A stretch of DNA of 61,559 bases, the filler included, from Sphacelaria rigidula (taxonomy: Eukaryota), in the NCBI GenBank assembly GCA_964200075.2. It is 11 parts of 11 records of this genome, joined end to end, with 100 filler letters (N's around TTAATTAATTAA, not from the genome) between each part and the next. Parts side by side here need not be neighbours in the genome. Positions count along the whole stretch, not along the records: positions 33,635 to 39,139 come from CAXNAA020026774.1; positions 39,240 to 44,744 come from CAXNAA020026775.1; positions 44,845 to 50,349 come from CAXNAA020026776.1; 8 more parts are not named here. One strand, written 5' to 3'. Positions within the stretch are counted from its first letter, which is position 1. Each line of letters opens with the position of its first letter. Positions 35,792-48,049 of the stretch are shown here, in pieces. Under the pieces are notes generated by a model. That model was not told where the DNA came from. It saw only the letters and a program-made list of their open reading frames with translations, and did not search any database. Position numbers and translations under genes: made by a program.

Positions 35792-36275
35792 GGCCGGATG
35801 TTATGGTACACAGCTTTGTGGCCCCCGGATTGTCCACTTTTGCGACGTTTGAGTCACTTTTTGACCCCCAGACAGGGAAAATCGCCAACACACGTTTTGG
35901 ACACTTACTTTGTATCACCTCACAGAGGGGAGCCTAGCCCACTTTTCAGATTCCCTTGGCTCCAAGGTTTCGAGAGCGGCCGCTGAACAATACTCCGTGT
36001 GCAATAATATCTACGGCGATTTCCACAGATTATTGGGCAAACTGGCGGGGTCGGCAAGCACGGATTTTTGCACACGAATTATTGTTCAGCGGCCAATCTC
36101 GAAACCTCAGAACCAAGCGAATCTAAAAAGCAGACTAGGCTCCTCTCTGTGGGGTAGTGCAAAGTGTCCGTTATGTGTGTTGGTGGTTTTTCTGTTTGGG
36201 GGTCAGAAAGTGGCTCAAACGTCCTAACAGTGAACAATCCGTGGGCTAAAACTCTGTGTGCCATAACATCTGGCC
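35792..36275. repeat. Long imperfect inverted repeat (~220-bp arms, ~55-nt loop); candidate hairpin RNA locus
   Basis: GGCCGGATGTTATGGTACACAG pairs with CTGTGTGCCATAACATCTGGCC, and pairing continues inward to CGTGTGCAA/TTGCACACG. Confidence 0.9.
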
Positions 36276-39239
36276 CGAGTTGCATTATTTGGCTGGCAAT
36301 ATACCGAAGGCCTCAGCAAAAGTAGAACAGTGGATAACTACCCGGCATGTGACAGCGCTTCCAACGGGGAAAAAAAACCCAGAGACCGCCGCCAGCGAGG
36401 CGATTGTTGCAGCGATCTCCGAGAGTATATCCATGTACACGACGAGCGATTACCCAGCACTCATGTACCACGGTATGAAGTACGGAATAACATGGCAGCA
36501 TGTACAAGAGACAAATGGATAGTATCATACATGTGCTCAGTAATCTTGTTTCGCCGAACCACGTTCCTGCCAAGCAATACTCTAATAATAGAAGTGTATA
36601 TAACCCGAGAGGTTCCGGGTATATATAACGGTATAGTGAACGAAGTATACCGGGGGGGGCTCGAGTTTGAGATACTGTACATCTGCAACGCGGCTATTGC
36701 GGCACTTTTTCGGCTTAACCTCGGGTACAGTGGCCTCAATTTTCTGTCATTTCGCACTGTCGTGCGGTTAGACGGGAATTCTTGAACCGCTGCTCGATTT
36801 CCTTTCTCGTCATGTTGAGTCTAGAACAGAAGAGGACAGCCTGAAAGCAAAAGCGATATAAAAAGGAGCCACACCCTTAGCGAGGCATCGATGATCAAAA
36901 AGCAGGATGGAAAGACTCACGTCGCGCGACTTGTTTTCATTCCTCTGTCAGATCCTTTCCCCCTTTTTTCGAGAATACTAATCTATTTGTCATGCATGAA
37001 TCCGTTCTCGGTGTATTTTTTGTATGATGTGAGAATTTCCGGAGCAATTCGCCGGGGTTTCTCGGTGCAATCAATGCATGTTCGTCGATTAGCTTCCGAT
37101 GGATCCATGGATGATGTCGAGTATTGAGCTCCTAAGAGTGCAATCAAGTGTGAGCTGGTGCAGCTCAGACCCCACCCATATCACAGCAAAACGAGGACAA
37201 TTTCGGCTTACTAACCCTCCTGCTCCCAGCGCACGGAGAAGCCCCGCTGGCAGTGCCGAAGGTTTTGACGAAGAGGAGTAAAAGCACTCAACAGGTGAGC
37301 ATCGTACGGTCGCAGGAGACGAGGTCGGGCCTGCACTTCACCCTAGAATTACTATGTCAGGTGGTGTTCTTACTCGTGGTGCACACCGCCGCGAACGGGC
37401 CAGTATTGCCATTCGTTTCTAGCAGCAGTCCTCGCGACGATTGGCGGCAGATAGAAATATCACAAGTAAACGGAGTTGATAGCCTACAATTACACGACAG
37501 TTGCCAATATTTTGCTGTAGTGGGGCCAAGGCTCGGTTGTTTGTACGTACGTTTGATGTCGAGATCAGAAGAGTAGCTGGGAAAAGACGGCATCATGCAA
37601 ATAAGACGACGTGCAGGTTGGAGATAGACACCGCGTGCAATTGTGTGCGTACTTTTTACACTCCGGAGGCATCGTGCGACAGAGGGGAAGGGAGGGGGGG
37701 GGATCTCGTACTGCTTGGCACCGTTTCTTGACTAACTACAAGCACACCGCGAGTGTGGCAGGTCGTCTGACACACCTGTGAGCCTCTTCTTTCCGTTCAT
37801 TCAAGTAACCCCCCCTTATCGTATAGGATGACTCTTTGGTATCCAATAATGTCGACATAAACATTTCCTCTTTCAGACACATAATCTTGCTACACGCACA
37901 ATGGCGCACTGACAGGCAGAATATCAGGGTGAGGACGAAGTCCGGTAAGATAAGTATTCGCTTGTGATTAAGAAGCTGCAAGACAAGTGATCGCCTGGCC
38001 CAAGGAGAACAGAGAAGTTATGAAAGGGTCACAGATAATTGAAGCTGTTCGAACCTCTCAGGCTCATACGATTGTACAAATGTAGGGGTGCTGCACTCGT
38101 TCGCGCTTCTTTGGTCAGCATACACGAGGACATGAACATACACTTTTGATGTTCGCGCGTGCTTTGCACAAGGCAGATCACTTATCACTGATGTGCGGAA
38201 AAATATAGCACAATCCATTGGCACACTGTCTGGCTGGCAAAAAAGGATGGAGCTGATGATAAAATTATGAAGGGATTCTCGAGTGGTAGTAGGTCACTGC
38301 ATCGTAGGATGGATACGCTGCTGCTCGGGGATACGGCACCGCGTATGAAACACACCATTGAGTGATGTGCCGCTCTTCTTGGAGGGCTGGAGGTGTGGTT
38401 GGCTATGCATGCCGTACAAATATGAAAATATCGTGATCATCATCAGCGTAAACCAGCTCAAATCATCACGATGTGTGTATCATTGTTGTACGGCGGCCTT
38501 CGGGCACAGTATTAATAGGTGCACTGGAACATTTCTCACAAAAATGGTGGAGTTTACGCAAGGCTTCGATGAAAAGACAACTACTGTCAACCCAGAGGTG
38601 GGCACGGGTCTGTGCGGATTGGATATTGGGAACCATCCCACGACGAACTCCCTCAAAATGTCGATGTCGGAATAATACAGTCGCGACTTGGGCATAATGT
38701 CCAAGTCGCGACTTAAAAATCGTGTGTTTTCAAATATGTGTATGTATGCATTTCTTCTTTTTGTTGTGTGTCCTCCATGCGAGTCACGTGGACTCGAGGA
38801 TCTCGGCGAAGAGGCATCAGCGGACTGAAGTTGTACTCTTGAGTGAAGCATATCCGTCAAGAATAACATGGCTGGAGATAATTAGCCACGGAGTTGAACC
38901 AGGGAGACCGACTCTTCTGACCCTCAGCCCTGACTGTAGAGAATAATCACCTCGCCCGACAGAGTTTTGTGGTCCCGGCTGCCACATCCACCGCACCTTG
39001 TTTGTGACCTTGAACACAAAGTAAAGTTGGTTTGCGGCAATTGCTGTAATAATAATATTCACACTATACAACGACTCTGAAGCACTCTGCGCTTGCTGCA
39101 ACCTCTAAAGAACAGCCGATTTTCGAAAATGGGGTTGAANNNNNNNNNNNNNNNNNNNNNNNNNNNNNNNNNNNNNNNNNNNNTTAATTAATTAANNNNN
39201 NNNNNNNNNNNNNNNNNNNNNNNNNNNNNNNNNNNNNNN

Positions 39240-39419
39240 CTGCTACACGCCACAGAAATTTGGATTTCGATCACCGAAATGTTGGGGTCCTGAGTGAAAA
39301 ACCATTTTCGGAACCGTTTTGGCGTCCGTTCGGACACCCGGAATTCCCCCAAATTGGTTTTTCACCAAGGACCCCAACATTTCGGTGATCGAAATCCAAA
39401 TTTCTGTGGCGTGTAGCAG
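39240..39419. repeat. Near-perfect palindrome at contig start (centre of a fold-back element; arm continues to ~39530, homologue ~28175-28310)
   Basis: First ~50 bp are the exact reverse complement of 39369-39419. Confidence 0.85.
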
Positions 39420-39734
39420 TTGTCAATAGCTATCAGTAGGTGAAGAAATGAAAGCATGTTTCGAAGATTTCGTGTGGATACGAAGATTCTAATCCTCCGG
39501 GTTTCTCATCCCCAATAAATGATCCGTCCCCAATTTGTAAGATCCCGTGTTATTAAGGGAATTTCCACTGTTTTTGGATCCGCACGTACAGTAATATGAG
39601 AAGGAACGAGGAAAACCGTTTCTCCCGGACCACAATTTCTATCTCTCGTAGTCACCTTACTGCCTTACTGACAAAACTGGATTTTGCAGACACCGCATAC
39701 ATCATATGAGTTTATTTCTAACGAAGTTCCAGGA

Positions 39735-40165
39735 GCATTGATCTCACCGTCATGGATCCACAATTTTGTTGCACCTCAAGGGTTCTTTGTCCACAAAATT
39801 GTCCTTTGTGCCATTTTTAATATTAACAACGCATCCCAACTTTGACCCTATAAGTTAACGACACGTAAACGTTGAACCTCCTGTGCCGCGCATTGATCCC
39901 ACCGTCATGGGTCCACAATTTTTATCGCACTTCAAGTGTTCTCCGTCAAAAAAATTGTCCCTTGTGCCATTTTTCATCTCACCAATGCGTCCCAACTTTG
40001 ACCTTAACCCTTAGACAGCGAGAGTAGGTCATCTGTTGAATCGGCATCAATTTCACTTGAAAAAAGTATGCATGATCCAGAAAGACTAACCTCGCGGTCT
40101 AAGGGTTAAGTTCACGACACGTCGCGGTGCCAAGAACAGGATGTCGGGGCCAACAATTTTTGTGC
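39735..40165 (+). repeat. ~155-bp tandem duplication (GCATTGATC.CACCGTCATGG.TCCACAATTTT...CCCAACTTTGACC)
   Basis: Two full units plus a partial third; second unit interrupted by a MITE. Confidence 0.8.
40008..40105. mobile_element. 98-bp piggyBac-type MITE
   Basis: TTAA|CCCTTAGACAGCGAG...CTCGCGGTCTAAGGG|TTAA; the neighbouring tandem unit lacks it. Confidence 0.88.
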
Positions 40166-43100
40166 TTTTCTTAGACTTATAAATATCCACACTGTTGTTT
40201 CTTCGGACACCTCCGAATTTCTCGGGCTGGCAAGGTACCTCATTACTCTCGAATGCTTACGAGCACCAGGGCGTACACACCGGGCAGCTTTCCAAAATGC
40301 TGCGTTGAGGTCCGAATTTTCCGGACTTCTCCAAAAATGAAGCTTCGGAGAAAAAATCAAGTCTCTTCGTTTTCGGAGAAGTCTGACGGCCGAGTCCGAA
40401 AAATCCGAAAAATTCTGGCATCGCCGTTAGAACCAGTGCCGATAAATGATGGGCCATACGGGTGGATTTGGTGATGCTGGATGTACACGCATCATGTCAC
40501 TACGTTTGATTGGTCGGATGAACCCTTCTTGACTCCGGGCGAGATTTGGCGTTCTTCATCTTCGGAGAAATTATCTGGAAACCATGCATGGTTGAGTTCA
40601 GAGGCTTGTAGGGCGATCCCGTAGTCCGCACCCCTTCCGCGCAAACAAAAGAGATCCGTTCTCCGGGAACCTTCTGGACCGTCGGCCGGACACAATGTTC
40701 CGAAACGGTGCTGGGCGTCAAAAAGGCAAAACACTTTCAGGGTCCGGGTCCAACTGCTAAATCTGACGGACACGCCGATTTTCATGAGAGTGGTATTAGG
40801 GTGGGTGTAGGTGATCGCCAGTTGCTCGACCGGACGCTCCGCATATTCTCTTTCGGGTTTTAGTTTTGACCCGCAGGAATGCAGCCCAACATGGTTCGAG
40901 CGGCCGTGGCTGCCGAAGGCTCGAGACAAAACACCCGCTGATGGAAACAGGCATTCGTGGGAAGGGCAAGCCCGCCACTGCGGGTCCATGTTTTTTGCTC
41001 CTGTAGCATCAAGGTGTGTTCGTCCTGCTCATTCTTCTGCTGTGGGTGTGGGTGTGGGGGGACTTCCGCAAACCTCCGACCCCGATTCGAAACGCCACCT
41101 TGTCACACCCGCAGAATTACCTGGACCACGTACCCCCCTCCGCACGGGATTCACCCCGCCTTCCAGCTGTTCAACGACAGTTATGTGTGTGTTGACCGCA
41201 TGCATGTACTACATAACTACTGTTGATGCGAACACGGTTACTATACTTTTTGAACGTAAAAGAGGTGCTGGCCCTGCCTGATGCACGAACAACTGTACTC
41301 TGTCGCACGGCATGTGTGTGGCAGCGGTCTTCTCTACGTAGACGTCATCTCTTCATCAGAAACAAGTCATTCCGAATCCCCGGCATAAATGGAGGAAAAC
41401 CTAGTAGGTCGTCGGGCGCTCAGAGGGCTAACAATACCTATATCAAACGTACACACACACACGCACACATCGTGCTGCTTCTGCCCATCGATCAACGTGA
41501 TCGCACACGTGCACACGTCAGGCAGCAAAACTATGATGATTGGTCGTCGGGCGCTCCGCCTTTCTTCGTTTTCGATGCTGCGTCGATGTTTTTCCACATC
41601 GATCCTCCCATAGACGCTGCTCGCTGTGGGTTCCCTGCCGTCCCGTCACGAACTTGCTCACGCCGCTGTGTCGCCATAGTGCTATAAAAAGGCAAGTATA
41701 CCATTGTGTATCCTGCGAGCGAAACAGTAGAACAATCGAGTAAGAAAGGAGTGAGGAGTGGAAGATGATTATTTCAGCTCGAAAGAAAATAAGTAAGTGT
41801 GCGTCGTGAGTCACGAATCTGCATCGCAGTTGACGCAGCTGAGACAAGCTCACCGCCATCAGTCCTCGCAGGGGATCTCATAAACGCTTCGCACACAACG
41901 GGCGTTAACGCCTTGCACACAACCGGCGTTATACTGTCCCTTTCGTAGCATTCATGGTCCCCGCCAGTGCTGTGATCGTCTAGTGCATGCAGCCTTTGTT
42001 TTTACCCTGGAAGCTTAGTTGGTCTCTTCACACGAAAAAGCGGTGATATTGCCAATCGCTCGTGCAGCATGATACTGTTCGGAACACACCCCTGTAATCA
42101 AAACTGCAGTGACACAATACTTGTAGCGATATGCCTTGTACTAAAGGTATATTGTATCGTGTACATGAAGATAATTATTAGACTCTCGACACATGGAAGA
42201 GAAAAAAACGAAACGGAGCACACACTGCCCTACAACTTGACCAGCAGCCATGAAAATGCACAGCGATACAGCACAAGGTAGTGAAGGAACAGGCACAGGA
42301 CGAACGGGCGCAACAGCCAATGTACATAAGGAAGTATATGGAGTGAGCAGCCGCAGCACGTGGTAGTCATTACTGACCTGAAAAGGTTGGGGTGTGGTCG
42401 TTGCCCATGACGGCAAGCCTCCCGCGAGGCAATTTGAGCTTGATTCGGTATGAGAAAACCATACTGGCCATTTTTATTCCCGAGGGCACCTTATTCCCCC
42501 ACTCTGCCCCATATTTGTGTGATGCGTGTACGCTGTTTAAATGTTCAGAATCAGTGATGTGGATTCACCACACAGATCTACCCCCGCTTAGGTCGCTCCT
42601 TGTAGCAAACAAAAACCGCCTTTTTTTCGTCACTTTTTCGTCCAGAATTTTTCATCTGACTACTTGTTACGGAAGATGAAAACGCCCAATGAAGTATCAA
42701 AATTCTTTGCGAGACAGAAAATCGATGATCCAACCACAAAAATCATGGATTTTGGTCTCAGAAAAAAGCCCAAACAAAAGTCATATCGACGTGAAACGCC
42801 GGATACCACTTACCTGTAATTCATCTCTGTCTTGTCTCGCAAACACCCGATTCCTCAGTACAAGAACACAGAGAAAAAACTCGAAGACCGACACTCATCC
42901 GATGACAAACTGCTCATGGCTACATGACCGGCCGCGGCGAGCAACCTCAAAACCATGGTGTTCGCGGCCAGCCAAGCATTGCACACGCTCCATTGCATGG
43001 ATGCTGTTTCTGAAGACACCGACGCCGACTGTAAATGCAGCAGCTGCTTGCTATCGAGAGGTACCACTGACCATAACCATATCATACTACTGTAACATTC

Positions 43101-45705
43101 TACAAGACACCACGAGTACAGGAAGTAAAGCATCTACGGCTGTCTCCACAGACTATCCAGACGACAGTAGTAGTATACTGCTCCCGTATCGTACTACTCA
43201 TCAACTGTACAACAGAGCACGATAACTGTACATGTACGTACAGTGTTCGATACTGCTACAGCACTGCTGTTGTTTGTTGTGTCGACCGTATTGTATAGTC
43301 TGTGCAGACAACAGTAGCAGAAGTAGCGTTCCTGTGTCGTACTGCTTCTCACTGTACAGCAGAGCAAGTGTCCGTACTGTACAGCACGTCACAGACAAGA
43401 GAAGTAGTAGTGTTGTTCCTGTATCGTCCTGGCTGTGCTGTTGGTACTGACCGTTCTAACTGGCGATCTTATATTTCATTGTTTCGGCCGCTGTACTCGT
43501 AGGCCTTCGCATGCCAAGCAGTATATTTTCCCCCTAAATCCAACGTTCATCGTGCATACGTTCACGGTTGATGCGGCTTCACACATTCACCACCTTCATT
43601 GCGTGTACACCGTGTGTACGCATGTCTCTCGTACTCAGAATACCGCAGTATCTAGCAGCACGCCGTTTTCTGCCCCGATACACTGCTTCTACGCGCATTG
43701 GCTGCGGCGGTTGTGGCCAGTTGTAATTACGTGATCGCACACGCGCGCCAGGATTGATATTTGAAACTCAGAACGCTACAGCTCTCAGCGTTTCTATTCT
43801 TATTGCCATAACACGTGACCAAACAAATAAAAGTGTTTGAGCTAACAAGAATGGACGAAAAACGTTTTTTTTTTTTTTTCCGGGTGATTTTTGTCCGCCA
43901 CAAGAAGCGGCCAAACGCGGTAAACACAACGCGTGGCATATGCATGACAAAGGGTTTCCTGCATGTACGAGTTGTCTCTCCAACAAAAATAAACGTTTCG
44001 ACCCCTCCTCAGGATGATGTCCATTGTGATCCCGATTATTTGCTCGGGCGTTCAAAAGGCTACGCCTCTGACCGGACAACTCCGGGCGAATGTTTTCAAG
44101 TTTCAATGACAATCCCGTGGCTGAACAAGGAGGTGCACCATATTGAGACGAGGAGGCGGACCCGTGGAATCGTGCAACAGTCCGGGAAAAAACCCGAGTA
44201 ATCACGGACAAATGCGAAGCATGATCACTGTACATTACCAATAAACATAAATTGACACTAGTCGTGGAGCGTACATGAAAATTTGGCACAAGAGCGATCG
44301 GTTCGGCTACTCAAGCACAGACGGGAGGAGCCTGGTGCAGACATTATCAGTTGCGTAGAGTGCAATCGTGGTAGTATCAATAGTGGTAGCCAGCCTATAC
44401 ATACACTTACATAAAAATGGTTCAGCGAGAGTGTGCACTTGACGTGGCTCACAACCGGTCAGGCATTCCCCTCAGCTGATACCTATACAAATGTTCAGCA
44501 TCAAACATATGCCCTGAAGGCTGCCCATTTTCATCTACGAGCTGGGCCAGCCAAGAAGCGATTCTGTAGTTTGCAGGCCCATTATACGGCCAATAATTAG
44601 AGTTGGACCCTGAAATTTGGTATGGACTATGAATAGGGCACAATAAAAAAAGGGCAATGGCGTAGAAAAGGTATACCTTCGCGTTTTTTGCCTAAGAAAG
44701 GTACGAAAAATAGTCAGAATCGAGAAAACAGCCAAACACGCCATNNNNNNNNNNNNNNNNNNNNNNNNNNNNNNNNNNNNNNNNNNNNTTAATTAATTAA
44801 NNNNNNNNNNNNNNNNNNNNNNNNNNNNNNNNNNNNNNNNNNNNTTATTTTCTGGTATAGCCACTTCCAGAGACAGCCACGGCTTATACACTGTCTCATG
44901 GGTGTCTCACCATAACGGATAGACTTTTGGAGGAGAGCGCGGTTCAACGGTGTTTTGGGGTAAGGGGTAGGGATAAAACATCAGGTTCGTCATGAACTGC
45001 GCGATGGGATTTCATTTCGAACATGTTACCATGGACAAATGAGAAAGTGTTCAATATGGGGAAAACATGCTTGGAATATGTTGAGTTCAATACTGCCCAG
45101 TGTGAGTATGTTGCAGCAGAGCGTAGGTTGATGTCTCGCGCTTTGGTTTCAGAGATGGAATGCATGGGATTGCTTGCAAGAAACGCCGCAATGGCCACGG
45201 ACATGATGATATCGCCATGACCATGACCCGAAATAGCCGCCCGTGACAACAGAAAGCAGGCTTCGGGCTTCAGGAAAACAATACACTTTTTTTGTGCGTG
45301 TATGTGTGTGTGCTTTTCGTTGTTGACAGCACTTTCCATTGTTCCCGCAATGCTCGGGCGGGATGGGCTAATCGAGAGCGTGGCACATTGTGGCAAGCAA
45401 ATATCCAGTCTCGAGTACTTCTATTGCAAAATGCCGGGAACAGTGGAGTACGACAGGGGAGGTCATTGGCAGCATCACACCGGAAACGGATGTTCCCTTG
45501 GCCCGTTACGCTTGCCATGTGACACCCCTACCGCAAGGTCTCAATTGCCGAAACCTTCCCTGAGTTCAACAACACCGATACCAGCAACATAAAAAAAAAC
45601 AATAGCAGCCGCAGCAGTAACATCAGCAAATAGTAACGAGCGTGTATGCGACGCAAACGAGGCTGCGATAAGACGCCATCCCCTGTAAACGATACCAACG
45701 TGCAG

Positions 45706-45852
45706 GTGCAAGGAGTGGTGATACTCAACATCTCGCTCAGGATGCTTCACGAAACGAAGCAATCCCCCATCGCACGACCGTTCGTCACCGGGCTTCAGTA
45801 CGTGCTCAGAGAGTCGCCTGTGGGGCCTGCCTTCTTCGGCTCCGTGGCCAAG
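45706..45852 (+). CDS. Pheophytinase-like alpha/beta-fold hydrolase, internal exon A
   Basis: GCAG...GTACG, phase 0; VQGVVILNISLRMLHETKQSPIARPFVTGLQYVLRESPVGPAFFGSVAK has the NISLRMLH motif of plant and cyanobacterial PPH-related hydrolases. Confidence 0.9.
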
Positions 45853-46348
45853 GTACGGTGCCAGGGCGAAATCTATCATACACGCCACGTTAGACTACTT
45901 CATGTTCACTTTTAGACAGTGCTTGTACCTTCGTTCTCCCCTTCCTTGTGACGAGCCCGCTTTTCCAAAGAGAGATCGACCTGCCCCTCACCCGGCACGC
46001 GCCTGAATGTTGTCATGGAGCGTTCAATCAGCACTCCCGCACACCGTCGACTTCCATCTACCGCATGTTTTGATTTGGTAGTCTTGACGTCACTCCTCCG
46101 ACCTGTTATGAAGAGATCACATCTGCCACGATTCGAGCATGCGACAACCGGCGAGATTGGCCGTTTGTGCATGTACCACGTTGGTCACCGGGGTGGTTCG
46201 GTGGAAGTCAGCAAGATAACGATAAGCCCCAAAAGTGAAGGGTTTAATATCAGTGCGACACATAATTGTCGAGAAATGTTCTAATTGGCCGGAATAGTCC
46301 AGTAACGCGCATCTAACCCCCCTCTACTTGAACGCGTGTTGCCACCAG

Positions 46349-46459
46349 GCGAAAGCAGTTTCGAATATTTTGAAGCAGTGCTACGGGGACCCGGATCAGG
46401 TGACAGACGAGTTGGTGGATTGCATTCTCACCCCTGGACTGGAGCCCGGCGCCGTTAAG
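46349..46459 (+). CDS. Pheophytinase-like alpha/beta hydrolase, internal exon B
   Basis: CCAG...GTAC, phase 0; AKAVSNILKQCYGDPDQVTDELVDCILTPGLEPGAVK. Confidence 0.9.
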
Positions 46460-47420
46460 GTACAGTGCATTGTAAATCATGGCGTCGGAGAGGTATTAGG
46501 CAAAGTGTGAGGGGTGTCCCCGGGAGATGTCTGGCACATTGGATAAGAGAGGGTTTGAGGCGGGAAGGAAACGTGCAGACGCGTCGTTGTCCGAAAGTTT
46601 CCCTGTGAAAGAGATATATCTAGTGGAGGGGTGGGATATCTTTCAGTTTCAGCACCATTCCACGTCGTTTTTCTGTGAGCCCGGATTTGGCCGGGGGTAC
46701 TCTGAATCCGAGTAATTAAGACGCCAGACGTGGTCAGGCTTCTGAAAATGAACATTAGTTCATATCTTGAGAGTATGTTCCTGGAGGCGGAGGAAGGATT
46801 AACGCTGAATTCGGGATTTTTTTACGAGTTGACCGCGGACCAAAGAGGTTGAAGTGATGCGGTAATCGAATGACAAGAATGAGGTGAAGGAGGTTTGGTG
46901 TTTCCTGGAGACCGCACCGTATCCTGGAGGGCGGGGTGCAGAGGGAGATGAGCTCCCTCAAACTCGTTTTTTGTGCGCGTTCGAACGCTCCTGCAGCAAA
47001 TAAGCGGCTTGGCTTGCAGGGGCCTTCGTACTGCTTCAGTGTTGGTTTTTGGACAAGGTGTAGTTTGTCTATATTGCCAGAAAATGTGGGAAGGAGAGCG
47101 GCGGGGGTGGGAAGGCTGAACTGAAAGATATGACATCCCTCGATGAAGTGGGTAAAACTGTTTTCCATAAGAAAATGAGAACTGACTCATGAATGACACA
47201 AGGTAAAAAGTGTATGTTTCCCTCAATAGAATGCCCTGATGATCGACTACAACAAATCATTCATTTTTTATACGCTCGCCACGGTGTACTCTCCATACAG
47301 GATATAACTCAGACTCGGCTAAAAGAAAACCCCACTTTGAGGGCCCCCTCCTTAATTTTCGAATTACAGCCTATATATCACCCCCCCTCCCCCCCTCCCC
47401 CCCTCGACTCACGCATGCAG

Positions 47421-47573
47421 GTTTTTCTGGACTTTCTGTCGTACTCCGGAGGTCCTCTTCCCGAAGAGTTACTACCGAAGATCAAGGTACCCGTGCTGAT
47501 TGGCTGGGGTGACCAAGACCCCTGGGAACCGATCGAACTCGGTAGGGCCTATGCAGACTTTGACTCCGTCGAG
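47421..47573 (+). CDS. Pheophytinase-like alpha/beta hydrolase, internal exon C
   Basis: GCAG...GTGAG, phase 0; VFLDFLSYSGGPLPEELLPKIKVPVLIGWGDQDPWEPIELGRAYADFDSVE with the WG..DPW acid-residue motif. Confidence 0.92.
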
Positions 47574-47698
47574 GTGAGGTCATGTTGCATCTGTGTTGTT
47601 CACTTCGCAGAGACTTCCTCCCGACTCTTTACCTTCCACCGTATCTGCCAGTATGTATCTATGTATTTATGTATCTATGTATCTATGTGTGTGAGTAT

Positions 47699-47940
47699 CA
47701 AGGGCAGGTCGGGTACAGCATACCCAATACTCGGTATTTGGAATAGTCATAATCTTAGTACCCAAACATTTGGGTAGCGAGTGGAAATCGTACCCAATCT
47801 ATCCATAAATCTGGGTAGAGTCTTGTAGATCGTGCCCAACACACCCAAATTTGGGGTAGAGTAATGGGATCTCACCAAAGGGATCCTCTATCTCCAGGTA
47901 GAGCTAAGAGTACTTGCCCAATATCTGGGTAGAGTAGTTC
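47699..47940. mobile_element. Partial hAT-type non-autonomous element
   Basis: Begins CAAGGGCAGGTCG, the TIR seen at 59473-59487, followed by TACCCAA/TGGGTAGAG motifs. Confidence 0.55.
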
Positions 47941-48049
47941 AAGGTTGTGTATTGTATGGTACGGGTATGTTCTGTAGGGTATGGGATTCCTTACAGACTC
48001 ACAAAAGTATCGGGCAGCGATATGAAAATCGTACAGAAATTATCACCCT

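Noticed and set aside
38679..38713. 16-bp stem-loop AGTCGCGACTTGGGCA-TAA-TGTCCAAGTCGCGACT
   Set aside because: Isolated, pairing does not extend, no supporting context
42590..43960. Weak inverted similarity between ~42600-42715 and ~43745-43865
   Set aside because: Too diverged to align by eye; no TIR or TSD definable
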